The notes beneath the pieces are model-generated. The model ran no database searches, was not told the DNA's origin, and was given only the letters and a program-made list of their open reading frames with translations. Shown here piece by piece: positions 1 to 8,216 of a DNA stretch of 64,000 nt. The DNA comes from Rickettsiales bacterium UBA4311. GTDB taxonomy: Bacteria; Pseudomonadota; Alphaproteobacteria; Rickettsiales; Deianiraeaceae. Positions within the stretch are counted from its first letter, which is position 1, and each line of letters begins with the position of its first letter. Both the position numbers and the translations under genes were made by a program. The stretch lies in the NCBI GenBank assembly GCA_002394665.1, contig DGUL01000007.1:30860-94859 (forward strand). The letters run 5' to 3'.

Positions 1-10
1 TTTTTAGTTT

Positions 11-451
11 ATGAGCTTAAATGAAGTTAAAATGTCATCCTATTTGGATGTTAATTCTGTAATAGAAGATTGCAAAAAAGTTTCAATTTGCGATGCTGTT
101 AACGAGGCGATATTAAATTCAATACAAGCAAATGCAAGCGATATTAAAGTTAAATTTACAACAATTAAAGACAATGAATTGTCTTACAAAATTAAATCTA
201 TTGAAATTATTGACAACGGCGAAGGTTTTAATGATGAAAACATAAAACATTTTAGCACTTTATACACAAAAAATAAAAAAGAAAAAGGATGTAAAGGATA
301 TGGAAGAGTTTATTATAAAAAAGCATTTGAAGCAGTTGAAATATCTTCTTTCAATAGTAATAAAAACAATGAAAAAGTTAATTTTGTTTTTACAAACGAT
401 GATTTTAGCAAGGACGACAATATAGAATTACGTAAACACACACAAGGATAA
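11..451 (+). CDS. GHKL (Bergerat-fold; MORC/Hsp90/histidine-kinase-like) ATPase domain protein, probably the N-terminal part of a split ~664-aa ATPase-nuclease gene
   Basis: N-box NEAILNSIQANA (E at 104-106, N at 116-118), G1 box DNGEGF (212-229), G2 box GCKGYG (287-304). An in-frame TAG at 5-7 fixes the ATG at 11. The ORF ends at TAA 449-451, just after an (AC)4 tract. Confidence 0.75.
   Translation: MSLNEVKMSSYLDVNSVIEDCKKVSICDAVNEAILNSIQANASDIKVKFTTIKDNELSYKIKSIEIIDNGEGFNDENIKHFSTLYTKNKKEKGCKGYGRVYYKKAFEAVEISSFNSNKNNEKVNFVFTNDDFSKDDNIELRKHTQG
436..444. repeat. (AC)4A dinucleotide tract at the frame break between the ATPase and nuclease ORFs
   Basis: Sequence acacacaca. Frame 0 is open from 426 and frame 2 stops at 449-451. 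Adding one AC unit gives ...RKHTHKDNETSLLLENP..., which fuses both ORFs. Confidence 0.8.
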
Positions 452-464
452 TGAAACAAGTTTA

Positions 465-2003
465 TTGTTAGAAAATCCAATTATTGATAATATTACAAAT
501 AAAGATGTAAGTTATAATAAAAAGCATATTTATAACGACATATTAAATGTTGTTTATCCTTATATCTTTTTAGAAGAGAACAAAAATATAACAATATCTT
601 TTTATGTAAATGGAAATCAAGAATACGAAGAGAAAAAAAACGACAATGACAAGAATATTCCACTTATTATCAATTTAGATAAAATTAAAGGTATAGATGA
701 CAAGCAAATTATTTTAAATAAAGAAAATGGTTTATTTTTTGACAGCGAACAAAAAATAATTTTATGGTATAAGATTACAAAAAGAGATTTTAATCAAGAT
801 AAAGCGACAATTACAACAGCAATTTGTCATAAAAATAGACCATTATTTGAAAGTTCATTTGATAAACAACCATTGCAAATTGATATAAATGTAAAAGGTT
901 ATGATGTATTGTTCTTATTAGAAAGTGAGTGGATTGACAACCAACCAATAGATAAAGACCATCATATCAAACTTGATGACAAAAATAAAGATAAATGGAA
1001 TGAGATAAAAAAGAAAGTTGAAGATGCTATAAATGAAATTTTATGCAATAACATTGCAGATTTAAAACAATATAATAAAGAAAACAAAAAGAAATTCATA
1101 CAACAATATCCAGAATATGCAAGATTTGTAGTTGAAGAAAAAGAAACTGGTTATTTTGATGAGGGTAAAGTATTAAAACAAGCAAGAAAATATAGGGATG
1201 AATTAGAAGATAAAGTGGCAAATGATAAAGGAAAGAATAAAACAGAAAAAGAAGCAAACATAAGGGAGGCAATTTACTTTGACTTAAAAAGTTATTTTAA
1301 ACACAGAGAAAATATATTAAATCAATTTCAAGAACTAAAAGACACAAAAATAGAAGGACAAATACACAATTTATTATTTCCGCAATATTTTAGTAGAAAA
1401 GAAGCGGAACAACCACAAGCAAAAGATTACAGCAATGATTTTTTAAATAAGATTGAATTTGGATATAACAATTTATGGTTAATAGATGATAGATTTATGG
1501 GATATAGTTATATTGCAAGCGAGCAATATATTTCAACTTTTATCAAAAATAATAATTTACAAAAAGTAGAAGGAAACGGAGAAATGGATATTGTTGTTTA
1601 TTTTGACAATGAAGATAAAAAACGAGCAGTGATCGTGGAGTGTAAAAAGATGACTGCAAATTATAAGGAGAATGGAACAGGAATATTGCAATTATTTAAA
1701 TATGCAAAACATTTATATGATAGCGGTATTACTGAAATTTATTTAGTATTACCAGTAAATATTGATAAAGATTTTAGAGATATATTAGAAAATCAACAGC
1801 ATTTTTGTAAAGTTTTTTCACATAAAGGCGAGTTATGGCAAAATAGTTATAATGATAGAAATGCTTACATTCAAGTAATAACACCTGATGCTTTAATTGC
1901 TAACGCACAAGCGAGGAATAAAAAGTTTATTGAAATGGCAAACGAAGAATACGAAAAACAAATTGACGAACAATATAAAGATGACAACAACTCTAACAAA
2001 TAA
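465..2003 (+). CDS. PD-(D/E)xK nuclease-domain protein (Shedu SduA / DUF4263-like C-terminal domain), likely the C-terminal part of the split ATPase-nuclease gene
   Basis: C-terminal pattern IHNLLFP...NLWLIDDRF...GEMDIVVY (D 1587-1589)...AVIVECKK (E 1638-1640, K 1644-1646)...GILQLFKYAKHL fits D-x(n)-E-x-K plus Q-x-x-x-Y. Only a TTG start is available at 465, and the frame is open upstream to 426. Confidence 0.6.
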   Translation: MLENPIIDNITNKDVSYNKKHIYNDILNVVYPYIFLEENKNITISFYVNGNQEYEEKKNDNDKNIPLIINLDKIKGIDDKQIILNKENGLFFDSEQKIILWYKITKRDFNQDKATITTAICHKNRPLFESSFDKQPLQIDINVKGYDVLFLLESEWIDNQPIDKDHHIKLDDKNKDKWNEIKKKVEDAINEILCNNIADLKQYNKENKKKFIQQYPEYARFVVEEKETGYFDEGKVLKQARKYRDELEDKVANDKGKNKTEKEANIREAIYFDLKSYFKHRENILNQFQELKDTKIEGQIHNLLFPQYFSRKEAEQPQAKDYSNDFLNKIEFGYNNLWLIDDRFMGYSYIASEQYISTFIKNNNLQKVEGNGEMDIVVYFDNEDKKRAVIVECKKMTANYKENGTGILQLFKYAKHLYDSGITEIYLVLPVNIDKDFRDILENQQHFCKVFSHKGELWQNSYNDRNAYIQVITPDALIANAQARNKKFIEMANEEYEKQIDEQYKDDNNSNK

Positions 2004-2952
2004 TCGTTCTAACCATCAAATTATCAAACATCAATTTTGAAAATCTATTGTTATATCTATAACAAAACTCGTTGATATAATTTTCTGCATATTTACAAGA
2101 TATGTGATGATAAATACCAAACACACCTCTTTTTAATGTCGCCCAAAAGCCCTCTATTGTATTTGTATAGATTTTATAGGTTTTATAACCCTCTTCTCTG
2201 TTTTCAAAACTCTCTTCTTTTGCATATTCACCAACAGAGTGATTAACACATTTATGGTTATATTCCATTCCAATTTGTTTATAACTTTTTAATTCATCTG
2301 TTATAACTAAACTTCCTTGTTTTACATTTGAATATATTTGTTTTAATAGTGTTGTCGCTTTTGTATCATCAATTTTTACCGCTTTAACACCGCCATTTCT
2401 TTCAATCATTCCCATAATAATAAGTTTTTCAAAAACTCCTTTTGCATCAATCCTTTTTGATAAGTGCATATTTTCTGCTTTACCACCAATATATGTTTCA
2501 TCAATTTCAACAATTCCTTTTAATAATCCGTCGTTGTTATCATTGTTGTTGTCGTTATTTTCTTGGTTTTTCATCGCCTCTCTTATTTTATGCAACATTC
2601 TCCAAGCTGTCTTATATGTTGTTCCTATTTCTCTTTTTAGTTGCAACGCACTTACACCTTTTTTACTATTCAAAAACAAATGAATTGCATACATCCATTT
2701 TCTTAAATCAGTGCAAGATTTCTCAAAGATAGTTCCTTTGAATATTGAAAAAGTATTTTTACAATTAAAACAAATAAAATTCTTTGGTCTTTTAGCAATG
2801 TGATAGACACTATGTTCGCAACCACAATGATTGCATTTTACTTTATTTCCATATCTTATTTTAATGTAATACTCTATACAAGCTAATTCAGTTGGAAATT
2901 TTTTAATAAATTCAAAAAATGTCATAAAACTTACACTCATTTTATAACACAT
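1993..2952 (-). CDS. IS1595-family (ISXO2-like) DDE transposase, apparently intact
   Basis: N-terminal zinc-ribbon CNHCGC...CFNC, then TYKTAWRMLHKIREAM, VEIDETYIGGK, LVITDELKSYK, NTIEGFWATLKRG, NEFCYRYNNR. These are hallmarks of IS1595 transposases. Confidence 0.9.
   Translation of the reverse strand: MCYKMSVSFMTFFEFIKKFPTELACIEYYIKIRYGNKVKCNHCGCEHSVYHIAKRPKNFICFNCKNTFSIFKGTIFEKSCTDLRKWMYAIHLFLNSKKGVSALQLKREIGTTYKTAWRMLHKIREAMKNQENNDNNNDNNDGLLKGIVEIDETYIGGKAENMHLSKRIDAKGVFEKLIIMGMIERNGGVKAVKIDDTKATTLLKQIYSNVKQGSLVITDELKSYKQIGMEYNHKCVNHSVGEYAKEESFENREEGYKTYKIYTNTIEGFWATLKRGVFGIYHHISCKYAENYINEFCYRYNNRFSKLMFDNLMVRTIIC
1993..2952 (-). mobile_element. IS1595-family insertion sequence (only the transposase body delimited; terminal inverted repeats not identified)
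   Basis: The transposase ORF overlaps the nuclease ORF's 3' end by 11 nt (1993-2003). It is followed by a 139-nt non-coding stretch (2953-3091). Confidence 0.6.
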
Positions 2953-3091
2953 TATTTTTATATGTCAAGGGATAATTACCTTTGATACTTTTTTATTTAA
3001 TTTGACAAACAATTATTATATTGTATAATAACCTTTTATTAAAATAAAAGAAATCAGTGCATTTGATGCGGCTCAAAGTAAAGCTAAATAC

Positions 3092-4054
3092 ATGGATATT
3101 TATGGTAATTTATATGAATTTAATCAAAAAGGTCATATAATAGTAAATGGTAAAGAACTTTATGGAGCATGTAATAAACGTCCTGTCGATATCAAGAGAC
3201 AAACCTTGCGTAATAAATATGAACGACCACCACACTTTACAATTAAGATAGGTAATAACGAGATTAAGGCTGACTCAATACAAGTTATTCACGATCTGAC
3301 GACAAAACGTCGTGATTTAGTGTCTTTTGCGCCTGCGGTTGACGAAGATGAAGAAAATAAAAAAAAGCATCTGTCCAAGCAAATTGATATTAACGGTATC
3401 CCTATTAGGATGAATCCAGAAGACGTGGAAATATACTTAAACATGGTTCCGACAATAAAAAACAAAAAGATTATAGATTATAAATCTTGTCCAACTATTA
3501 AAGTTAAAGTACCGTTTAGTTTATATTCTTGGCGCAATCAAGAAAATGGAAGCATAGAAAAAATATTGTATGATATTACAAAAGATACAGGTTCATTAGA
3601 CATAGTATTAGAAAAAAACCGAGTAATACATGGATATTATACCCACAGCAAAGGTAATGTCATTGATATATATGAAATACAACCGGATTTGTCAAATCCA
3701 GGTAAATTTAAAAAAATACAGCGATTATCGCAAAAACTACAAGATGATTATCAAGATATAGCTGTAATTAACAATAAAATTTTCCTATATAAGGACGATC
3801 CTAGACCAAACGTTGAAGTCTATCAAATCTTGCAAGATAGTATTCAACACACATTCAGTGCTAAAAATAATGATGCTTATTCTATGCAAGATTTTTTAAA
3901 TCGGACAAATCTTAAAACTTTTCAAGCAATATCAAGAGATGATTATGCCAAAATGGAACAAGAATATATTAAAAATATGTTAACACAACAAAATATTAAC
4001 AACGCAGGATTGACAATAAATCTTGAAAATGAGAAAGGAGGAATTAAAAAATGA
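3092..4054 (+). CDS. hypothetical protein (320 aa), no domain recognised
   Basis: Long ORF with non-repetitive composition and no signal peptide or TM segment. An in-frame stop lies at 3029-3031 and there is no ATG, GTG or TTG between that stop and the ATG at 3092. Confidence 0.5.
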   Translation: MDIYGNLYEFNQKGHIIVNGKELYGACNKRPVDIKRQTLRNKYERPPHFTIKIGNNEIKADSIQVIHDLTTKRRDLVSFAPAVDEDEENKKKHLSKQIDINGIPIRMNPEDVEIYLNMVPTIKNKKIIDYKSCPTIKVKVPFSLYSWRNQENGSIEKILYDITKDTGSLDIVLEKNRVIHGYYTHSKGNVIDIYEIQPDLSNPGKFKKIQRLSQKLQDDYQDIAVINNKIFLYKDDPRPNVEVYQILQDSIQHTFSAKNNDAYSMQDFLNRTNLKTFQAISRDDYAKMEQEYIKNMLTQQNINNAGLTINLENEKGGIKK

Positions 4055-4057
4055 ATA

Positions 4058-4714
4058 CTAAATAGTTTTAGTATCATATATTAGCTTTTTAATCTCACTT
4101 TTTGCAAATTCAATATCAGGATCGGTAACAATTGGAATAGCGATTTTGATAATTTCATCAACTGGTAAATTCCACCATTGCCACTTTTCAAGTAATTCAA
4201 TCATTTCATCGTCAAATCTTTTACGAATAACTTTTGCTGGATTTCCGCCGACTATACAGTAAGCAGGAACGTCTTTCACGACATGCGAATTTGTCGCAAT
4301 TATCGCACCGTTTCCAATTTTTACACCAGGCATAATTGTTACATTTTCGCCAATCCAAACGTCATTTCCGACAATCGTGTCGCCTTTATAAACATGATGA
4401 CTTTGCTGATAGCTATCACCAGGAAAGCCGTTCATAATTGAAAACGGAAAAGTAGATGCACGATTATAGTCATGATTACAGTCATTCATGAAAAATTTTA
4501 CACCCTTTGCTATTGAGCAAAATTTGCCAATTATTAATTTATCTTTACTAAACTGATAATGATGTAAAATCCCGCTTTCAAAATCATCGGTGCCATAGCT
4601 AAAATCTCCGGCCTCAAAATTATGATGCTTTATTGATTTCAAATAAATTTGCGTTTTCAAACCACATTTCAATGGATAAATTTCATTTGGATTTGGTTTT
4701 TTATTTGCCACCAT
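4058..4714 (-). CDS. Vat-family / XAT-class xenobiotic O-acetyltransferase (streptogramin A or chloramphenicol acetyltransferase-like hexapeptide protein)
   Basis: PNPNEIYP N-terminus, LIIGKFCSI, KGDTIVGNDVWIGENVTIMPGVKIGNGAIIATNSHVVKDVPAYCIVGGNPAKVIRKRF and WQWWNLPVDEI closely follow Vat(D)/CatB-type proteins. Confidence 0.8.
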   Translation of the reverse strand: MVANKKPNPNEIYPLKCGLKTQIYLKSIKHHNFEAGDFSYGTDDFESGILHHYQFSKDKLIIGKFCSIAKGVKFFMNDCNHDYNRASTFPFSIMNGFPGDSYQQSHHVYKGDTIVGNDVWIGENVTIMPGVKIGNGAIIATNSHVVKDVPAYCIVGGNPAKVIRKRFDDEMIELLEKWQWWNLPVDEIIKIAIPIVTDPDIEFAKSEIKKLIYDTKTI

Positions 4715-4727
4715 ATTAACACACTAA
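4715..4727 (-). repeat. his-cluster junction motif, truncated copy (ATTAACACACTAA) spanning the hisF stop and the base before the vat start
   Basis: On the coding strand TTAGTGTGTTAAT-ATG encodes the last hisF residues LVC*. It matches the core of the copies at 5470 and 8090. Confidence 0.7.
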
Positions 4728-5468
4728 AACTTCTCTTTCCATCAACTTATTTTTTAATTCTTTAATATCAATCAAATTCTCGTGAAACACGCTTGCACCC
4801 AATGCACCGGAAACACCAGTTTTTTGAAAAACTTCCACAAAATCTTCAATGCACCCTGCCCCTCCGCTGGCTATTACAGGCACTTTTACAAGTTTTGTAA
4901 TTTTATCCAACAACTCAATATCAAACCCGTTTTTAGTGCCATCAAAAGACATGGAATTCACGACAATCTCGCCCGCTCCGCGATTTTCAACTTCCTTTGC
5001 CCAGTCAAAAATGCTCCATTTGCACTTTTCTGTTTTATCAACATTGCCTGTGTTTTTGTATATCTCTCCGCCTTTCGTGTCAATCCCAACGACCAAAGTT
5101 GAAGAACCAAAATTTTTAACAATCTCATCAATCAAATCAGGATTTTTCAATGCAGGCGAGTTAATTGATACCTTGTCAGCCCCCATTTTTAGGCACCTCT
5201 CCACCTTTTTGCAACAATCAATATTTCCAGCAACACAAAAAGGAATATTGATTTTTTTTGCAACATCTTCGATCATTTTTGTATCAATTTCTGTGCCGTT
5301 TGCGGATGCCAAAACGTCATACAAAACCAGCTCATTTATGCCGTTTTTGCAGTATTTTTCTGCCAACTCAACGGCTTCTCCAATGACTTCGTGATTGCTG
5401 AATTTCACACCCTTGACAACTTTTCCATTTGCAATATCAAGACAAGCAATTATTCGTTTTGTTATCAT
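4716..5468 (-). CDS. hisF: imidazole glycerol phosphate synthase, cyclase subunit HisF
   Basis: KRIIACLDI N-terminus, LVLYDV, VSINSPA, VVGID, VIASGGAG: a typical HisF (beta/alpha)8 barrel. Confidence 0.95.
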   Translation of the reverse strand: MITKRIIACLDIANGKVVKGVKFSNHEVIGEAVELAEKYCKNGINELVLYDVLASANGTEIDTKMIEDVAKKINIPFCVAGNIDCCKKVERCLKMGADKVSINSPALKNPDLIDEIVKNFGSSTLVVGIDTKGGEIYKNTGNVDKTEKCKWSIFDWAKEVENRGAGEIVVNSMSFDGTKNGFDIELLDKITKLVKVPVIASGGAGCIEDFVEVFQKTGVSGALGASVFHENLIDIKELKNKLMEREVLVC

Positions 5469-5469
5469 G

Positions 5470-5496
5470 TTAACATATTAACACACTAAAATTTTA
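5470..5496 (-). repeat. his-cluster junction motif copy upstream of hisF
   Basis: TTAACATATTAACACACTAAAATTTTA. It matches the copy at 8090-8116 at 22 of 27 positions (hand count) and lies 1 nt from the hisF ATG. Confidence 0.7.
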
Positions 5497-5510
5497 TTTT
5501 TCAAGTTTTA

Positions 5511-6265
5511 TTATTTCTTTTTCAAATCTTCGTATATTGGTTCAAATGTTTCTAATTTTTTTAAAAATTGATTTTTTTCTTCTTCTGTCTTATTTTTAAT
5601 CTTATCGTAAATTTGTTGTTGAAATGCTTTAACATTTTCTTCTGTTTGTTCTTCATACGATTTTATTGGCAATAAATCTTTCCAAAATGGTCCCCCAAAA
5701 ACCACTATTTATTTTATAACTATATTTTTCTCTTGTCAAACCATTTAAGAATGGAAAACATTTATCAATGTTATCATATGCTTTTTGATGTTCTGCATCA
5801 TAAGTGCAACAATGTCCTATAATACAATCTTTTTGCGATGTAATTCAACCATTTTCTACCTTTCCATTCTTCTTGTAATACTCTGTCACATAATTCAGAA
5901 AAAGTAATTGTTTCATGATTTTTTGCCGTTTCAATTAAAGTGTTTGCTATTGATAACAAATCTTGTGTTTTTTTATCTTGTGGTGTATTTTCTATTTCTA
6001 TGTCTTCTTTATAATCCCTACAAAAAAACCTTAATAAATATGCTTTTATTCCAGTAAGATTAAAAATTCTAATATAATCATTAATATTTTCTATTTTAAT
6101 TTTATTATTATCAATGTCAGCACTATCATCTATGAATTTTCTCGCTTCTTTTATTGTAAAGAATAGCCAAATAAATAAAACTAATAATGCAATCAAAAGT
6201 TCACAAGAACAAAAGCAATCAATAAAACCTTCACATTTCATATAAGCAAGATTAAAACAACCCAT
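5511..6265 (-). pseudogene. frameshifted ORF of unknown function occupying the position expected for hisA
   Basis: 155-aa ORF (5798-6265, N-terminal TM helix), then an open ~48-codon segment in another frame (DAEHQKAYDNIDKCFPFLNGLTREKYSYKINSGFWG...), then a 64-aa ORF (5511-5705). The third frame starts at a C5A5 run (5692-5701). No similarity to HisA by eye. Confidence 0.4.
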
Positions 6266-6269
6266 GCCT

Positions 6270-6277
6270 GGGGGGGG
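6270..6277. repeat. G8 homopolymer (C8 on the coding strand) between the hisH stop and the 155-aa ORF start
   Basis: cctggggggggtta. An 8-nt G/C homopolymer is conspicuous in this AT-rich sequence. Confidence 0.9.
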
Positions 6278-6859
6278 TTAATAGTCAACTGTTTTTCTCA
6301 ACCAATCTTCCAATATTTTCTCACCAATTTTACCACTTTTTTCAGGATGAAATTGCATTCCTATGAAATTGTTTTTTTGAATTATCGCAGAAATTTTTGT
6401 TCCAAAATAATCAACAAAAGCAGTTGTGTTTTTGCAAATTGGAACATAAAAATTATTGCAAAAATAAACAAACTCTCCTTGATATTTTCCGTTTTCAATG
6501 CAATTCCAACCCATTTGCGGAGATACTAAAACAGCAGGCAAATGCACAACTTTTTCATCAAAAATTCCAATGCATTTTGTGTCAAATTCTTGTGAAAAAG
6601 CACACATAATTTGCATCCCTAAGCAAATTCCTAAAATAGGTTTTTGCGTTGTCCGCAACGCATCAATCAAGTCTTGTTTTTGCAACATTTCCATTGCAAC
6701 TTTTGCGTTGCCAACTCCGGGTATAATTATCCTATCGCACGCATCAAACTCACTTTTATTTTTTACAATAACTATATCATTTTGCTCCAATCTTTCCAGA
6801 GCAAAACGAATAGAATTGATGTTATAACCACCACTGTTTAGTATTCCAATTTTTATCAT
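6278..6859 (-). CDS. hisH: imidazole glycerol phosphate synthase, glutaminase subunit HisH
   Basis: IIPGVGNA, catalytic PILGICLGMQ, QFHPEKSG: a class I amidotransferase triad. Confidence 0.95.
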   Translation of the reverse strand: MIKIGILNSGGYNINSIRFALERLEQNDIVIVKNKSEFDACDRIIIPGVGNAKVAMEMLQKQDLIDALRTTQKPILGICLGMQIMCAFSQEFDTKCIGIFDEKVVHLPAVLVSPQMGWNCIENGKYQGEFVYFCNNFYVPICKNTTAFVDYFGTKISAIIQKNNFIGMQFHPEKSGKIGEKILEDWLRKTVDY

Positions 6860-6867
6860 AAATTACT

Positions 6868-6894
6868 TTAATATGTTAATATACTAATACGATA
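6868..6894 (-). repeat. his-cluster junction motif copy upstream of hisH
   Basis: TTAATATGTTAATATACTAATACGATA. It matches the hisD copy at 24 of 27 positions and lies 8 nt from the hisH ATG. Confidence 0.75.
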
Positions 6895-6896
6895 AA

Positions 6897-8084
6897 TTAT
6901 TTAATTCTTGAAATAATGCTCTCTGCGTGGAAGCCTAAACCCTCATTTTTAGCCATACAAATAGTTTTTTCTGCAACATTTTGCAAACCATTTTTCGTAG
7001 CGGTTTGAAATGTTATAAACTTACCAAATGACAACACGGAAAGGCCGGAAAAACCTTTCGCAAAACCGCTTGTAGGCAGTACGTGATTTGTGCCACTCAA
7101 ATAATCTCCCAAGCTTTCGCTCGTATATTTGCCTATAAAAACACTTCCTGCGTTTGTAATTTTTTCAGCAATTTCTTCTGCGTTTTTCGTATTGATTATC
7201 AAATGTTCCGGCGCGATTTCATTAGATTTTTTAACCGCTTCATCAAGATTTTTTGCAACTTCAATTTGCAAATTATTCAATGATTTTTCCAGCAAATTCC
7301 AACGATTTGACTGCCCGGCAATGGTTTTAATATTATCTTTAATCCATTCCGCTTGCGTATCATCGGTTGTCAAAAGCCAAGCCTTACTTTCTTTTCCGTG
7401 TTCTAATTGTGCCAATAAATCGTACATTGTATCCTCTTTTTTTGCAGTCTCGTCGGCGATGACAAGCACTTCGCTTGGCCCTGCCGGCATATCAATGGCG
7501 ACAAATTGAGAGACCATTTTTTTTGCCGTATCAACAAATTCATTGCCAGGGCCGAAAATTTTATCAACTTTTGGAACATCACCGATGCCGTATGCCATAG
7601 CAAAAATCGCCTGTGCTCCGCCGATTGTGTAAATTTTCTCAACACCAAGTTGTTGCAAAGTGAACAAAATGGCTTGCGAAGGGTTCGGCGGAGTGCAAAC
7701 AATAATGTTTTTGCAACCCGTGATCTGTGCCGGAATTATATTCATCAACGCACTTGAAAATAGCATATTCGGCACATAAACTCCAACATTTTCAATTGGC
7801 GTGAATTTCCTCCAACACGTTATTTCAGTTGAAGTTTCAATTTTATCATTCTTAAATTCTTCAAGTTTTTTCGCTTCTGCTTTGTGAAATTTTGTAATAT
7901 TCTCTATCGCTGTTTTTATCGCTGTTTCAAGGTTTTTGTCAACTTTAATGTTATCAGGAATTTTGAAAATCAAACTATTTCCTTCAAGTTTATCAAATTT
8001 TCTTGACAACTCTAATAGTCCTTCTTGCCCTTTGTTTATACAAATCTCTCTAATTTCTTCAACAATTTTTGCTGTATCATTCAT
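6897..8084 (-). CDS. hisD: histidinol dehydrogenase HisD
   Basis: YTIGGAQAI, GPGNEFV, PAGPSEVLVIAD, APEHLII, GTNHVLPTSG. Confidence 0.95.
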   Translation of the reverse strand: MNDTAKIVEEIREICINKGQEGLLELSRKFDKLEGNSLIFKIPDNIKVDKNLETAIKTAIENITKFHKAEAKKLEEFKNDKIETSTEITCWRKFTPIENVGVYVPNMLFSSALMNIIPAQITGCKNIIVCTPPNPSQAILFTLQQLGVEKIYTIGGAQAIFAMAYGIGDVPKVDKIFGPGNEFVDTAKKMVSQFVAIDMPAGPSEVLVIADETAKKEDTMYDLLAQLEHGKESKAWLLTTDDTQAEWIKDNIKTIAGQSNRWNLLEKSLNNLQIEVAKNLDEAVKKSNEIAPEHLIINTKNAEEIAEKITNAGSVFIGKYTSESLGDYLSGTNHVLPTSGFAKGFSGLSVLSFGKFITFQTATKNGLQNVAEKTICMAKNEGLGFHAESIISRIK

Positions 8085-8089
8085 AAATT

Positions 8090-8116
8090 TTAATATATTA
8101 ACACACTAATACGATA
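8090..8116 (-). repeat. his-cluster junction motif copy upstream of hisD
   Basis: TTAATATATTAACACACTAATACGATA, 5 nt from the hisD ATG. It contains the perfect palindrome TTAATATATTAA. Confidence 0.75.
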
Positions 8117-8216
8117 GTATAATAAAAATACAAAAGTCAAGATGATTTTTTTGTTATGATTTTTATTTTCTTGAACTTTATCTTGTTTAATAACGAAAAA
8201 GAAATGAAAACACATT

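Noticed and set aside
1958-3024. Similar strings AAATTGACGAACAATATAAAG (1958-) and AATTTGACAAACAATTATTAT (3000-) flanking the transposase, considered as possible IS ends.
   Set aside because: They are direct rather than inverted repeats, only ~12 nt match, and they are AT-rich. This is not adequate to define IS1595 termini.
5469-6277. Searched the three reading frames of the hisH-hisF gap for a decayed hisA.
   Set aside because: No HisA hallmarks are visible in any frame (N-terminal PAIDL, GGGIR, phosphate-binding loops). The insert looks unrelated.
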